From an uncultured Ignavibacteriales bacterium (GTDB lineage: Bacteria > Zixibacteria > MSB-5A5 > GN15 > FEB-12): a stretch of 56,301 nt of DNA. The position numbers and the translations under genes are program-made. The notes beneath the pieces were generated by a model, which was given only the letters and a program-made list of their open reading frames with translations, was not told where the DNA came from and did no database searches. Below, one piece after another: positions 43,285 through 53,440 of this stretch. Within the stretch, counting starts at the first letter, position 1. Every line of letters starts with the position of its first letter. The stretch lies in contig CAYXJN010000010.1 in assembly GCA_964464605.1 (NCBI GenBank), positions 1 through 56,301 on the forward strand, read 5' to 3'.

Positions 43285-45708
43285 TCATCGTGCCGTATGC
43301 GCCCGCGATTTTAACGCCGATCCGGAACTTATCCGCCGTTGCGCTGCCGTCTTTTTCACGAATGGTGATGACACCAGCGTTAACAGCAACACTTCTTTGG
43401 CGGTTTTGACATATTGAAGCGTTAATCCCTTAACCAAATCAGTTGGAAGCTCTTCAACGGTTTTTCGGTTTTTGTCAGGCAATACCAACCGGGTAATACC
43501 AAGTCGCTTTGCGGCAAGTAGTTTTTCATTTAACCCGCCTATAGGAAGCACATCTCCGGTGAGTGTTATTTCTCCCGTCATTGCCGTATCGACCCGGCAG
43601 GGAATACCGGTCACGGCGGAAACGACGGCACTTAATACCGTAATACCGGCAGATGGGCCATCTTTGGGAACCGCACCTTCAGGGAAATGCACATGTAATT
43701 CCAAGTGCTCGAAGAAATCTTCCGCCAGTCCGAAATCGGCAGCATGCTGGCGAATGTAGGAAAGCGCAGCGGTTCCTGATTCACGCATCACTTCACCCAA
43801 AGAACCGGTAAGCGTGAGTTTCGATTTCCCTTTCATAGTCGCGACCTCGACCGGCAGCACCTCGCCGCCGACTTCTGTCCAAGCGAGTCCAACAGCGTAG
43901 CCGGGGGTCGGTTCGGTACGAACAGTGGTACCGACATATTTCCGTGCACCCAACAGCGTTTGCACAGAGCGTTGATTGAACACAACCTTCTTGGAGCGTT
44001 CCCCTTCGGCCATTTTGACGGCATGTTTGCGAAGCATGCTGCTTAACTGCCGCTCTAACTCACGAACACCTGACTCACGAGTGTAGTAGCGGATTAACTC
44101 CTGAAGGGCGGCATCATCAAAAGTAATCTGCACGCCGCTCAAGCCGAGTTCTTTGCGTAGTTTCGGAACAAGATACTGCCGCGCAATTTCCGCCTTTTCA
44201 AAATCGAGATACCCGGGAAGCGAAATTGTTTCCATACGGTCTTTAAGCGGCAGCGGAATTGAGTTTACGTTATTGGCTGTGGTAATAAACAAAACATTCG
44301 ATAAATCAAATTCGACTTCTAAATAATTATCCGTAAACGTTGTGTTCTGTTCCGGGTCGAGCACTTCCAAAAGTGCAGAGGACGGGTCGCCGCGAAAATC
44401 TTTACCGAGTTTATCGACTTCATCCAAAAGAAAGACCGGATTGGATGAACCAGCTTTTTTCAACGATTGAATAATCCGTCCCGGCAATGCGCCGATATAG
44501 GTGCGGCGATGACCGCGAATTTCCGCTTCATCATGCATCCCACCCAGCGACATCCGCACAAATTCACGACCAAGCGCGCGGGCGATAGAGCGGCCGACTG
44601 AAGTTTTACCGACACCGGGAGGTCCGACTAAACAGAGAATCGGCCCTTTCACTTTTCCGGCGAGTTTCATTACCGCGAGATGTTCAATAATCCGTTTTTT
44701 CGGTTTTTCCAATCCAAAATGGTCACCATCGAGAATCGAACGCACCTCTTTGAAATCTGTGCGGTCTTTGCTGAGCTTCCCCCAGGGCAAGCAAAGCAGC
44801 CAATCGATGTATGAGCGCACCACCGAGGCTTCCGCCGAAAATGGATGCATCTTCGAAAGTTTTTTGAGTTCCTCTTCCGCTTTTGCTTTGACCTGCTCTG
44901 GATAATCACCTGTTTCTAATTTGTCGTACAGGTCATCGACATCAGCGCCGGCCTCTTCTCCCTGACCAAGTTCATCCTTGATCGCTTTTAACTGCTGTTG
45001 CAAATAAAACTCACGCTGCGAACGGGACATCGATTCCCGAACGGTCCCTTCCAGTTCCTGTTCGAGGCGCAGAATTTCGATTTCCTCGGTAAGTACCTCA
45101 CCTAAAACATGAAACTGATCTTTGGCGGTGAGCGCTTCGAGAATCCGCTGCTTGATTTCTACTTTATGTAAAATATGCGCAGCGATAGTGTCGGCGCGTT
45201 GATGATATTTTTCAATCGATGCCAGTGACACCAACACATCATCAGGGATGCGTTTATTCAAACGAACATATTCGGTAAACTTTTCTGAGATCGAACGAGA
45301 AAGTGCTTCGAGTCCTAAATCCCGTTCTTCCGCTTCCGGCAAAACTAAACGAATCCGAGCGGATAAATGTCCAGTGAGGGTTTCGACTTCATCTACTTCT
45401 GCCCGCACTATCCCTTCAACAAGCACTTTGAGGGTTGCATTCGGCATTTTGAGTACTTGCAGCACACGGGCGACCACGCCGACTGAGTACAAATCGGATG
45501 CACCCGGCTGATCGGTGCTGGCGCTGCGCTGGGCGACAAGCAGAACCTGTTTGTCACGCCGCATCCCCTCTTCAAGCGCCTTAACGGTAAATTCCCGACC
45601 CACCAAAAGGGGGTAAATCATGTGCGGGAAAACGACGACATCCCGAAGCGGGATAACCGGTAAGCGGGATTTGATGTCGATTGCTTCTGAATTATGGTAA
45701 ACTTTCAT
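43285..45708 (-). CDS. lon: ATP-dependent Lon protease
   Basis: LPVIPLRDVVVFP, GPPGVGKT, LLDEVDK, PKDGPSAG and GGLNEK. ATG 45708 has a GAAGGA SD. Confidence 0.98.
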   Translation of the reverse strand: MKVYHNSEAIDIKSRLPVIPLRDVVVFPHMIYPLLVGREFTVKALEEGMRRDKQVLLVAQRSASTDQPGASDLYSVGVVARVLQVLKMPNATLKVLVEGIVRAEVDEVETLTGHLSARIRLVLPEAEERDLGLEALSRSISEKFTEYVRLNKRIPDDVLVSLASIEKYHQRADTIAAHILHKVEIKQRILEALTAKDQFHVLGEVLTEEIEILRLEQELEGTVRESMSRSQREFYLQQQLKAIKDELGQGEEAGADVDDLYDKLETGDYPEQVKAKAEEELKKLSKMHPFSAEASVVRSYIDWLLCLPWGKLSKDRTDFKEVRSILDGDHFGLEKPKKRIIEHLAVMKLAGKVKGPILCLVGPPGVGKTSVGRSIARALGREFVRMSLGGMHDEAEIRGHRRTYIGALPGRIIQSLKKAGSSNPVFLLDEVDKLGKDFRGDPSSALLEVLDPEQNTTFTDNYLEVEFDLSNVLFITTANNVNSIPLPLKDRMETISLPGYLDFEKAEIARQYLVPKLRKELGLSGVQITFDDAALQELIRYYTRESGVRELERQLSSMLRKHAVKMAEGERSKKVVFNQRSVQTLLGARKYVGTTVRTEPTPGYAVGLAWTEVGGEVLPVEVATMKGKSKLTLTGSLGEVMRESGTAALSYIRQHAADFGLAEDFFEHLELHVHFPEGAVPKDGPSAGITVLSAVVSAVTGIPCRVDTAMTGEITLTGDVLPIGGLNEKLLAAKRLGITRLVLPDKNRKTVEELPTDLVKGLTLQYVKTAKEVLLLTLVSSPFVKKTAAQRRISSGSALKSRAHTAR

Positions 45709-45906
45709 CTTTGTTCCTTCATCGCGGGTTGAGGGCGCTCTCCCCTGAACACCAGCACACAAAATACGGCTAATTTTCAGGCGGCGAAAGAGGAATTTGC
45801 CATGTGGTACATGGAACCTTTCGCTTCGCGCTACCCTATCCTACGCGGATAAGTGATTAAGATTTCGACTGTTGCCGGAAGGCTATATGAGGGGGAATTT
45901 GAGTCG

Positions 45907-45929
45907 CCCACAGCTTGCTGTGGGGTCAA
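45907..45929. repeat. Palindrome resembling an IS200/IS605-end or REP hairpin
   Basis: CCCACAGC-TT-GCTGTGGG followed by GTCAA; no transposase nearby. Confidence 0.4.
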
Positions 45930-45942
45930 TTGGAAAAGAAAC

Positions 45943-46851
45943 TTAGCTGTGCGTGCCCAAAATATACCAGAGCACGATCAGCAATCCGACTAATACCGAC
46001 ATCATCAAGTACTGGCGCGGGCTGGCATCCCTTTTCGGTACTTCAACCGGCTCGACATGATTTTCAGCGAACGCAGCAACCGCTTTGACACTGACCGATA
46101 AATCAGCCGCGGTTGCGAAGTTTTCTTTGGCATCTTTGAAGAGTAATTGACTGATAATCAATGCTCCGCCGCTGTGGAGTCCGTACTCCTGCAAATCGAG
46201 CGGGTCGGGCGCTTGCGGGCTTTTCCATTCCTGATCGGTAATCGTTTTGAACACTATCTGCCCCAAACTGCGCAGGTCAGCGGAATGATCGATCAGCAAT
46301 CCGGAATCAACGAATGGAGATTCGGTAAAGGTTGGCGCCGTGATATTAAAACCGGCATCGGTGAGTTTGACTAACCCATCCGCGCTTAAAAAGAAATTTC
46401 GTTCATGCAGATTGCCATGTTCGAATTCATGGCGATGCAGCGCCGACAACCCGGCAGCCGCCTGAATGAGCAGATCATACAACCGAAACTCGGCGATACG
46501 ACCATGTGCAAAGAGCGTATCTTTGAGCGAAACTGATTCGATATATTCACGGACAATCACAAAACCGGCATCGGCGTACACGAGCGAATAGATTTTGCAG
46601 AGATTCGGATGATCTATCCGTTTCAGTTCCTGAAAAGCAGGTTCGATAACGGTCCGGAAATGATCGCTTCGGCAGATACTGTTCGGGATAACTTTAATTG
46701 CGACTTCATTCTGTTCTTTGTCCCGGCCGCGATAGACCACCCCGTTCGGCCCAGAGCCGAGAGATTCGAGGATTTCATAGTGTAAAATCCGTTCCGGTAT
46801 GCTGACAGTAGTCATATTCATTTCTATATCGGCAAAAACCGGCAATTTCAT
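45943..46851 (-). CDS. Hanks-type Ser/Thr kinase-like protein (probable pseudokinase) with C-terminal TM
   Basis: LGSGPNGVVY, VAIK, HPNL; HGNL in place of HRDL and DAG in place of DFG. Start may be 46821 or 46815. Confidence 0.8.
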   Translation of the reverse strand: MKLPVFADIEMNMTTVSIPERILHYEILESLGSGPNGVVYRGRDKEQNEVAIKVIPNSICRSDHFRTVIEPAFQELKRIDHPNLCKIYSLVYADAGFVIVREYIESVSLKDTLFAHGRIAEFRLYDLLIQAAAGLSALHRHEFEHGNLHERNFFLSADGLVKLTDAGFNITAPTFTESPFVDSGLLIDHSADLRSLGQIVFKTITDQEWKSPQAPDPLDLQEYGLHSGGALIISQLLFKDAKENFATAADLSVSVKAVAAFAENHVEPVEVPKRDASPRQYLMMSVLVGLLIVLWYILGTHS

Positions 46852-46930
46852 TGACTGTATATGTTTGGCAGGGTACAGAGGTCAAAAAACGGTGAAAAAA
46901 CAGGTGTCGTTTTCGGGAATGTTATCACCC

Positions 46931-46960
46931 TTGACATTTGGGGGGAATGGGGACTATACT
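46931..46960 (+). promoter_or_regulatory. sigma70 promoter of tRNA-Glu
   Basis: TTGACA-N18-TATACT followed by a GC-rich discriminator (CCGGC). Confidence 0.7.
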
Positions 46961-47007
46961 CCGGCTCTGATTTCGGCGGGTAACTGCCGGAATCGACATT
47001 CTGCAAT

Positions 47008-47082
47008 GGCCCTATCGTCTAGTGGTTAGGACATCGCCCTTTCACGGCGGTAACACGGGTTCGAGTCCCGTTGGGGTCACCA
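47008..47082 (+). tRNA. tRNA-Glu(UUC)
   Basis: Cloverleaf GGCCCTA...TCGCC CTTTCAC GGCGG...ACGGG TTCGAGT CCCGT TGGGGTC ACCA. Confidence 0.97.
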
Positions 47083-47085
47083 ATT

Positions 47086-48711
47086 TTATTCCTTCTTCAA
47101 AATCCCTATTAGACCGGCACCTAAAAGTGTACTGAGTATCCAACCTGCGATAATATAGAACCAATAAAAAATCCTATAAACTAATTGGTATGGGACGTCT
47201 ATCATGGTTTTTTGCTTATTGATTTCCACAATTTGTTTCACTGACGGAGTCCAATGCTTATCTTGATCCAAGTCTATAATAGGAAAAAATAAATCGATAG
47301 AATAAACAAAAGGGCAAAAATTACTTTCAAGTAATTCCGGTTTGCTCCCTTTATCACCAAGCTGCAATGCGCCTTGCATATGAGCCGAATGAAACATTAC
47401 AGTTCCAAGAATAATAAACCCTAGCATCCAAATTAAGGTTATTCCCGGCTTATAACCATACCCAATTGTAACTCCAAGTACTCGCTTCCAAAGCTTTGAC
47501 CATAGGTTCAGTTTACCATACCGGAGACGCCATTCTTCTTTATGAATGAGAACTTTCCTTGTAGCCTCTTCATCACCCATCTCCTAGTATACTTTTGCGA
47601 GTTGTTGCCATGGATGTGAATTAAAATGCTCTGCGGATTGTAATTGCAGCCATTTAAGCCGTTTATGCACTGGAACATAAGGACGGTTAGAAAATCTATC
47701 GTACCTTGAAAATACAAATCCTGATAAATCGAGCTTACCAGCTTTAGGCCAACTTGTTTCATCATCGCAAAAAGTAATGCAATGAACATCGCACAGACTT
47801 ACACCTACGTAAGACAAAGACAGAATATTCACAAGGAAAAGTCGTTTGATCAAAGCCCCTTCGAGTCGCAAGTAATATTGCGCCTTTTCGGAGCATAAGA
47901 ATTTGGCATTCATAATAGCGCAATCATTTCCGACTTTCGTCAGCGCAAGATTGAGCATTGGCTTAGGAAGATCTTGGATACTGGCTGCATTCGAAACAGG
48001 CAGAATTTTGTCTGTCCCTACAATTTTAGAAAGATCAAAATGTAAACTTCTTTTTATATCGGCATTTTGAAGTTCAATGACATTCCCAAAACGACATCGT
48101 TGAAAAAGCACACTTCCATCTACCGTAATTCCTTGAGCATTGACACAAGATTCGCTATTCGATCTTTGAATTACTTCCTTCAAACAAAATTCGGTTTTTA
48201 AGTAACTACTTGAAATGTTTATGCATCCTCTAATACGACATTTCTCGAATTGGAGAACTCCTTCAAAGTGTGCCCTTTCTGCAAAAATTTCTCCTAACTC
48301 ACAATTAAGAAATGCTACGTCTTTGGTAGTAGCATTCCACATCCATATTTTCTCTTTTATGACACAATTCCAGAATGTAAGAGAAAATCCGAGTGAAGCT
48401 TGGGTGAGATTTACTTGCCCAACTATTTTGACAGATTGAAAATTCAAACCGTTTGGATTTATTTGTTTAACTATTACTGGATCGCGAAGCAACCATTCCA
48501 GTAATGGGGCTCTAATTATCCGTTCATCACCCCATTTAAACCGCCGCTTAAAATCAATTTCATGATTTGAGGTTTGCTCCAAAGGAAAGTTAATAAAACC
48601 ATCTGATCTATAACGTACGAGAAGAATTTCCTCAGCCGTATGTAGTTTTCGACCTAACTCGTCCCACAAATAATGCGGAATGGACTCCCGAAGCGACTGA
48701 AACTGATCCAA
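47086..48711 (-). pseudogene. Beta-helix/pentapeptide-like repeat protein with C-terminal membrane domain, interrupted by one in-frame TAG at 47584-47586
   Basis: ORFs 47584..48711 and 47086..47580 share a frame and are separated only by TAG GAG, reading QQLAKVY*EMGDEEATRKVLIHKE. C-terminal GYGY.P, YSID...P.IDL.Q and GW.LSTL motifs. Visibly AT-rich. Confidence 0.72.
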
Positions 48712-48873
48712 TAATTACCCTCCTAAATTAATATACAGTACCCATAACTGAAAAATAACACGTTCTCGAAATATCAACAAGTAGCTTCCTTTCTTGCCCT
48801 CTTTCAGTCTACCGCTTATGTTCTATGCCGTATACCCAAGTTGATTTGAAATATTAGCTATAAAGAGGTTTCC

Positions 48874-50496
48874 ATGTCCAACTATCGCGTACCGAGTCCG
48901 ACGAATGAGCCGGTAAAAAGTTATGCGCCCAATTCCCCTGAGCGGGCGGAGCTGCTTGCGGCGCTCAAAGAACTCAAGTCCAAGCAGATAGACATTCCGA
49001 TGATTATCGGCGGTCAGGAGATTCGCACCGGCAAAACGAAACAGATAACGTCCCCGCACAACCATAAACAGGTACTCGCCACGTTCCATGAAGGCGGTGA
49101 AATGGAACTGCAGCTCGCGATCGACAAAGCGGTCGCCGCACAGCAACAATGGGCGGATATGCCGTGGGAACACCGCGCTGCGATTTTCTTAAAAGCTGCT
49201 GATCTGCTCGCCGGACCCTACCGCGCAATTTCCAACGCCGCTGCGATGCTCGCGCATTCCAAAAACATTTTCCAGGCGGAAATAGATGCGGTCTGCGAAC
49301 TCGCCGACTTTTGGCGGTACAACGTCCACTTCGCAGAGCAGATTTACAATATCCAGCCGAACAACGCGCCGCAAATTTGGGATCGCACCGACCATCGCCC
49401 GCTTGAAGGGTTTGTCTGCGCCATTACCCCGTTCAACTTCATTTCGATTAACGGCAACCTCCCGACCGCGCCCGCGATTATGGGAAATGTGGCAGTATGG
49501 AAACCGGCGAATACCGCGGTGTATACCTCATATTTCATCATGAAAATTTTGCGCGAGGCCGGATTGCCGGATGGCGTTATCAATATGGTTTTCGCACCCG
49601 GCGCATTAGTGAGCAAATTAGTGTTTACCAACAAACATTTTGCCGGATTGCATTTTACCGGATCGACCAACACGTTTCAGACAATGTGGAAAACAATAGC
49701 CGAAAATCTACCGAACTATCGCGCCTATCCGCGTATTGTCGGTGAAACGGGAGGAAAAGATTTTATTCTCGCGCACCCATCGGCTGATGTCGACACCGTC
49801 GTAACCGCGATCGTCCGCGGCGCCTTTGAATTTCAGGGACAAAAATGTTCTGCCGCTTCCCGCTGCTATCTGCCGAAATCATTATGGCCGCAGATGAAAG
49901 ATAAACTTGTCGAGCAGGTCAAAGGGCTTAAGATGGGTGATCCGGAAGATTTCACCAACTTCGTTAATTCCGTTATTGATGAGAGCGCGTTCAAATCGAT
50001 TACCGGCTATATTGATCATGCCAAGCAATCCGCCGATGCGGAAATTATAGTCGGCGGTGAATATGACGGCGCAGCCGGATGGTTTATCCGCCCTACCGTT
50101 GTTGTTACCACCAACCCGCACTACAAACTGTTAGAAGAGGAAATCTTCGGCCCGGTGATAACTATCTATGTCTATGATGACGCCAAATACGAAGAAACAA
50201 TCCGACTTATCGACTCAACTTCGCCGTATGCCTTGACCGGCGCGGTGATTTCGACTGATCGTCAGGCGATTATTATGGCGGAGCATCATCTGCGACATGC
50301 CGCCGGTAACTTTTATATCAACGACAAACCGACCGGCGCAGTGGTTGGCCAGCAGCCGTTCGGTGGCGGAAGAGCTTCCGGCACGAACGACAAAGCGGGC
50401 GGTATTCAGAACATGCTGCGGTGGACATCGCCGAGATCGATTAAAGAGAACTTTGTCCCGCCGAAGAATTACAAGTATCCGTTCATGGAAAAATAA
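48874..50496 (+). CDS. pruA: 1-pyrroline-5-carboxylate (L-glutamate gamma-semialdehyde) dehydrogenase
   Basis: NEPV.SYAP, QAEIDA.CE, ITPFNF, FTGST, GETGGK, FQGQKCSA and GGRASGTNDKAG. Confidence 0.96.
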   Translation: MSNYRVPSPTNEPVKSYAPNSPERAELLAALKELKSKQIDIPMIIGGQEIRTGKTKQITSPHNHKQVLATFHEGGEMELQLAIDKAVAAQQQWADMPWEHRAAIFLKAADLLAGPYRAISNAAAMLAHSKNIFQAEIDAVCELADFWRYNVHFAEQIYNIQPNNAPQIWDRTDHRPLEGFVCAITPFNFISINGNLPTAPAIMGNVAVWKPANTAVYTSYFIMKILREAGLPDGVINMVFAPGALVSKLVFTNKHFAGLHFTGSTNTFQTMWKTIAENLPNYRAYPRIVGETGGKDFILAHPSADVDTVVTAIVRGAFEFQGQKCSAASRCYLPKSLWPQMKDKLVEQVKGLKMGDPEDFTNFVNSVIDESAFKSITGYIDHAKQSADAEIIVGGEYDGAAGWFIRPTVVVTTNPHYKLLEEEIFGPVITIYVYDDAKYEETIRLIDSTSPYALTGAVISTDRQAIIMAEHHLRHAAGNFYINDKPTGAVVGQQPFGGGRASGTNDKAGGIQNMLRWTSPRSIKENFVPPKNYKYPFMEK

Positions 50497-50528
50497 GTGG
50501 CGTCGCCACTTTTGTTTTGACACGAATC

Positions 50529-50557
50529 AAAGGCGTTCCAGCAGTGGAACGCCTTTT
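50529..50557 (+). terminator. Intrinsic terminator after pruA, preceded by a smaller hairpin at 50495-50511
   Basis: AAAGGCGTTCCA-GCAG-TGGAACGCCTTT-T. Confidence 0.8.
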
Positions 50558-50617
50558 CATTTTTATGCACAAAGTTGAAAGCTTGACTGACTTGTTCAAC
50601 TGGTCGATACTCTCCCT

Positions 50618-51934
50618 ATGCTTCGCTCTTCCCGGCTGTTTCTTATATCCATATTCACCGTTCTGCTTATTCTGGTCGTCAATATCGCCTGGTGGCTGTT
50701 TTACCAGCGGACAGAACAGTTGCTCGACCAGCAACTGAGCCGGCGGCTCACCGCTTCAGCCAATATTATCAGCACGAGTATTTCAGCAGAACGGGTTGAT
50801 TCTCTTGAAATGAGAGATATCCGCTCTATCGCTTCGATTGCTGCATTTTTAGAGCAGGTGCGTTCGACCGATTCATTGAGCGAGGTATTTGTAGTAGACC
50901 AGCAGTATCGCTATATCGCGACGACTGCCGAGGAAACCGATCCCCGCTACTTTTTGGCCAATCTGAACGGGCAATACATAGACTCGATTTTTTTCAACGA
51001 GCTCCCCCGCGCACTGGCAACGCAGTCATATCAGACCGGAAACTTATATCTCAAATCCGCCTTTGCGCCGCTCTTTGACAGCCGTGATGCGGTGGTTGCG
51101 GTTATCGGCGTGGAAGCGAATGTCGATTATTTCGATGTATTAAGTAATCTGAAACAAAATCTCTATTACGCTTCTGCGCTTTCTATATTCGGCGGATTGC
51201 TTTTCGGATTGCTCTTTTTCCTTTTCCAGTACCGGCTCGCGAAAGCGGAACGGAAATTGGTATCCGAAGAAACGAATGCATTCTTAGGGCGGATGGTTGC
51301 GGTTGTTTCGCATGAAATCAAAAACCCGCTGGCGATTATTCGCGGTTCCGCCGAACGCGCCGCCAAAAAACAGGCTTCCACTGAAACGACCTTTATTCTT
51401 GAAGAAGTCGACCGATTGAACACAATTGTTTCCGGCTATCTTGATTTCGCGCGCTCCGGCGGTGCAATGCCCGCGACCGAACAGCCGGAATCGTTTGATA
51501 TGCATCAGTTGATCACCGAGCTATACAAAAACGTCGAAGAAAAATACCACGGTAACAGTATTGCGTGGCTGTCGCAGCCGTCCGGTGAGTTTGTTGTCAC
51601 CGGATATAAACGCGCGCTCCGTCAGGTGTTACTTAATTTGTTGTTCAACGGCGTCGATGCCTGCCTTGATGCGAAAAAACCTGTCAAAGTCAGCGTAACT
51701 GTTACACGAGCAAACAATAGTATTATTATCACAGTTATCGATAACGGGCCCGGTATGTCCAAAAAAGAGGTGCGCCGCGCGATGGAACCATTCTACACCA
51801 CTAAACAAAGCGGCTCCGGGTTGGGGCTTTTTATCAGCCGAAAAATCATTGAGGGAATGCACGGAACTCTCGATATTGCCAGTGATGTCAACATCGGAAC
51901 AACCGTGACCCTAACAATACCGGAGAAACGCTGA
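50618..51934 (+). CDS. Membrane sensor histidine kinase (NtrB/ZraS-like)
   Basis: Two TMs flanking a periplasmic domain; SHEIKNPL, NLLFNG, DNGPG and GSGLGL. Confidence 0.92.
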   Translation: MLRSSRLFLISIFTVLLILVVNIAWWLFYQRTEQLLDQQLSRRLTASANIISTSISAERVDSLEMRDIRSIASIAAFLEQVRSTDSLSEVFVVDQQYRYIATTAEETDPRYFLANLNGQYIDSIFFNELPRALATQSYQTGNLYLKSAFAPLFDSRDAVVAVIGVEANVDYFDVLSNLKQNLYYASALSIFGGLLFGLLFFLFQYRLAKAERKLVSEETNAFLGRMVAVVSHEIKNPLAIIRGSAERAAKKQASTETTFILEEVDRLNTIVSGYLDFARSGGAMPATEQPESFDMHQLITELYKNVEEKYHGNSIAWLSQPSGEFVVTGYKRALRQVLLNLLFNGVDACLDAKKPVKVSVTVTRANNSIIITVIDNGPGMSKKEVRRAMEPFYTTKQSGSGLGLFISRKIIEGMHGTLDIASDVNIGTTVTLTIPEKR

Positions 51935-51936
51935 TT

Positions 51937-53292
51937 ATGGCGACGATTTTAGTCATCGACGATGAACCGAAAATGACTTCGCTTATCTGCGGCACCCTTG
52001 AGGATGCGGGACATACGGTTCACACCACAGTCAAACCGGACGAAGCCTTACAACTAATCGAACAACGCTCGTTTGATATTGTCATTACCGATTTATCGAT
52101 GCCCGGTATTTCCGGTATGATGGTATTAGAAAAAGCGCTCGCCAAAGACGGCACCGAAGTAGTCATGATGACCGCCCACGGTACCGCCGAAACCGCAGTG
52201 AAAGCGCTCAAAGCCGGGGCGGCCGATTATTTATTAAAGCCATTCTCTCTCGATGAACTGGAAGTGTTAGTTAATCGGCTCGTGGAAAAGCAACGGCTGA
52301 AATCACTCAGCACCCATTACAGCGAAGAAGCGGACAAGCCATACAAACGAAAAGAAAAGGATGCGGCAACGACTGATTTTGTCGGCTCATCGCAAGCAGC
52401 AAAAAAAGTAAAAGAGCTTATTACCCGGGTAGCGCCGACCGATGCTACCGTCTTAATCACGGGTAAATCCGGCACCGGCAAAGAAGTCGCCGCGCGGATG
52501 ATTCATGATCTCTCCAACCGCGCCAAGCAGCCGTTTATCGCGGTCAATTGCGCCGCAATCACCGAAACATTATTGGAATCGGAACTATTCGGCCATGAAA
52601 AAGGTGCCTTCACCGGCGCAGCCGCCCGCAAACGGGGGCGGTTTGAATTAGCGCAGGGAGGCACGATTTTCCTGGATGAAATCGGCGAAATGTCGCCGGG
52701 GATGCAATCGAAACTGCTTCGTGTTTTGGAAGAGAGGAAACTGGTCCGGGTGGGTGGTGTTGATTTGATTTCGGTCGATGTCCGCGTTGTAGCAGCGACC
52801 AATCGGGATTTAAAAAGCGGCATCGCCGCCGGAAACTTTCGCGAAGATTTGTATTTCCGCTTGAATGTTTTCCCGATTCCAATGCCGAGTTTAGCCGAAC
52901 GCACCGAGGATATCGGTGAACTGGCGATGCATTTTCTCAAGCGAGCAAGCTATTCGCACCCGCAGCTCAATGAATCTGTTCTTACGCTTTTGAAGCAATA
53001 TGACTGGCCGGGGAATATTCGTGAGTTGCGCAACGTGCTTGAGCGCGCCGCAATTTTAGCCGGTGGTGAGCCGCTTTCGGCTGAAGATTTCTCATTGGAG
53101 ATGGATAACGCGCCAATTGTTAGAAGTGGCGAGGCCACGCTTCATCCGCAAGGATTGGAAACCGCCGAAAAAGAGATGATTTTAGAAGCTATCAAAAAAG
53201 CGGATGGGAATAAAACCGATGCCGCTAAACTGCTCGGGATTACCCGACGGCGCTTGTATAGCAGAATGAAGGTTCATGGAATTCCGGTCTGA
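51937..53292 (+). CDS. sigma54-dependent response regulator (NtrC family)
   Basis: REC domain, GKSGTGKE, ESELFGHEKGAFTGA, FLDEIGE, WPGNIREL and Fis-type HTH. Confidence 0.96.
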   Translation: MATILVIDDEPKMTSLICGTLEDAGHTVHTTVKPDEALQLIEQRSFDIVITDLSMPGISGMMVLEKALAKDGTEVVMMTAHGTAETAVKALKAGAADYLLKPFSLDELEVLVNRLVEKQRLKSLSTHYSEEADKPYKRKEKDAATTDFVGSSQAAKKVKELITRVAPTDATVLITGKSGTGKEVAARMIHDLSNRAKQPFIAVNCAAITETLLESELFGHEKGAFTGAAARKRGRFELAQGGTIFLDEIGEMSPGMQSKLLRVLEERKLVRVGGVDLISVDVRVVAATNRDLKSGIAAGNFREDLYFRLNVFPIPMPSLAERTEDIGELAMHFLKRASYSHPQLNESVLTLLKQYDWPGNIRELRNVLERAAILAGGEPLSAEDFSLEMDNAPIVRSGEATLHPQGLETAEKEMILEAIKKADGNKTDAAKLLGITRRRLYSRMKVHGIPV

Positions 53293-53314
53293 TGAGCGAG
53301 TCGGTTCAATGAAT

Positions 53315-53358
53315 TTGTACCTCAGGGTACAACAGGGCAGTTTTCCCTTTTGGGACAA
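53315..53358. promoter_or_regulatory. Tandem palindromic upstream activator sites
   Basis: Perfect TTGTACC-TCAG-GGTACAA (53315-53332) and related TTTTCCC-TTTT-GGGACAA (53341-53358). Confidence 0.6.
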
Positions 53359-53401
53359 GTACCAACTGTTTGCCGGACAAGAAGGTTCGGATTTAGGGAA
53401 A

Positions 53402-53418
53402 CTGGCACAGGATTTGTG
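53402..53418 (+). promoter_or_regulatory. sigma54 (-24/-12) promoter
   Basis: CTGGCACAGGATTTGTG gives GG-N10-GT (variant -12), upstream of a GAGGA SD and ATG 53441. Confidence 0.6.
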
Positions 53419-53440
53419 AGAGTATTGTCAGAGGAAACGG

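Noticed and set aside
47455..47472. TIGYG, a possible K+ channel selectivity filter
   Set aside because: It lies before the first TM rather than in a pore loop between TMs, and fits the family's GYGY.P motif.
47008..48870. Integrative element or prophage at tRNA-Glu
   Set aside because: No integrase and no duplicated tRNA 3' end (att site) seen beyond the AT-rich gene.
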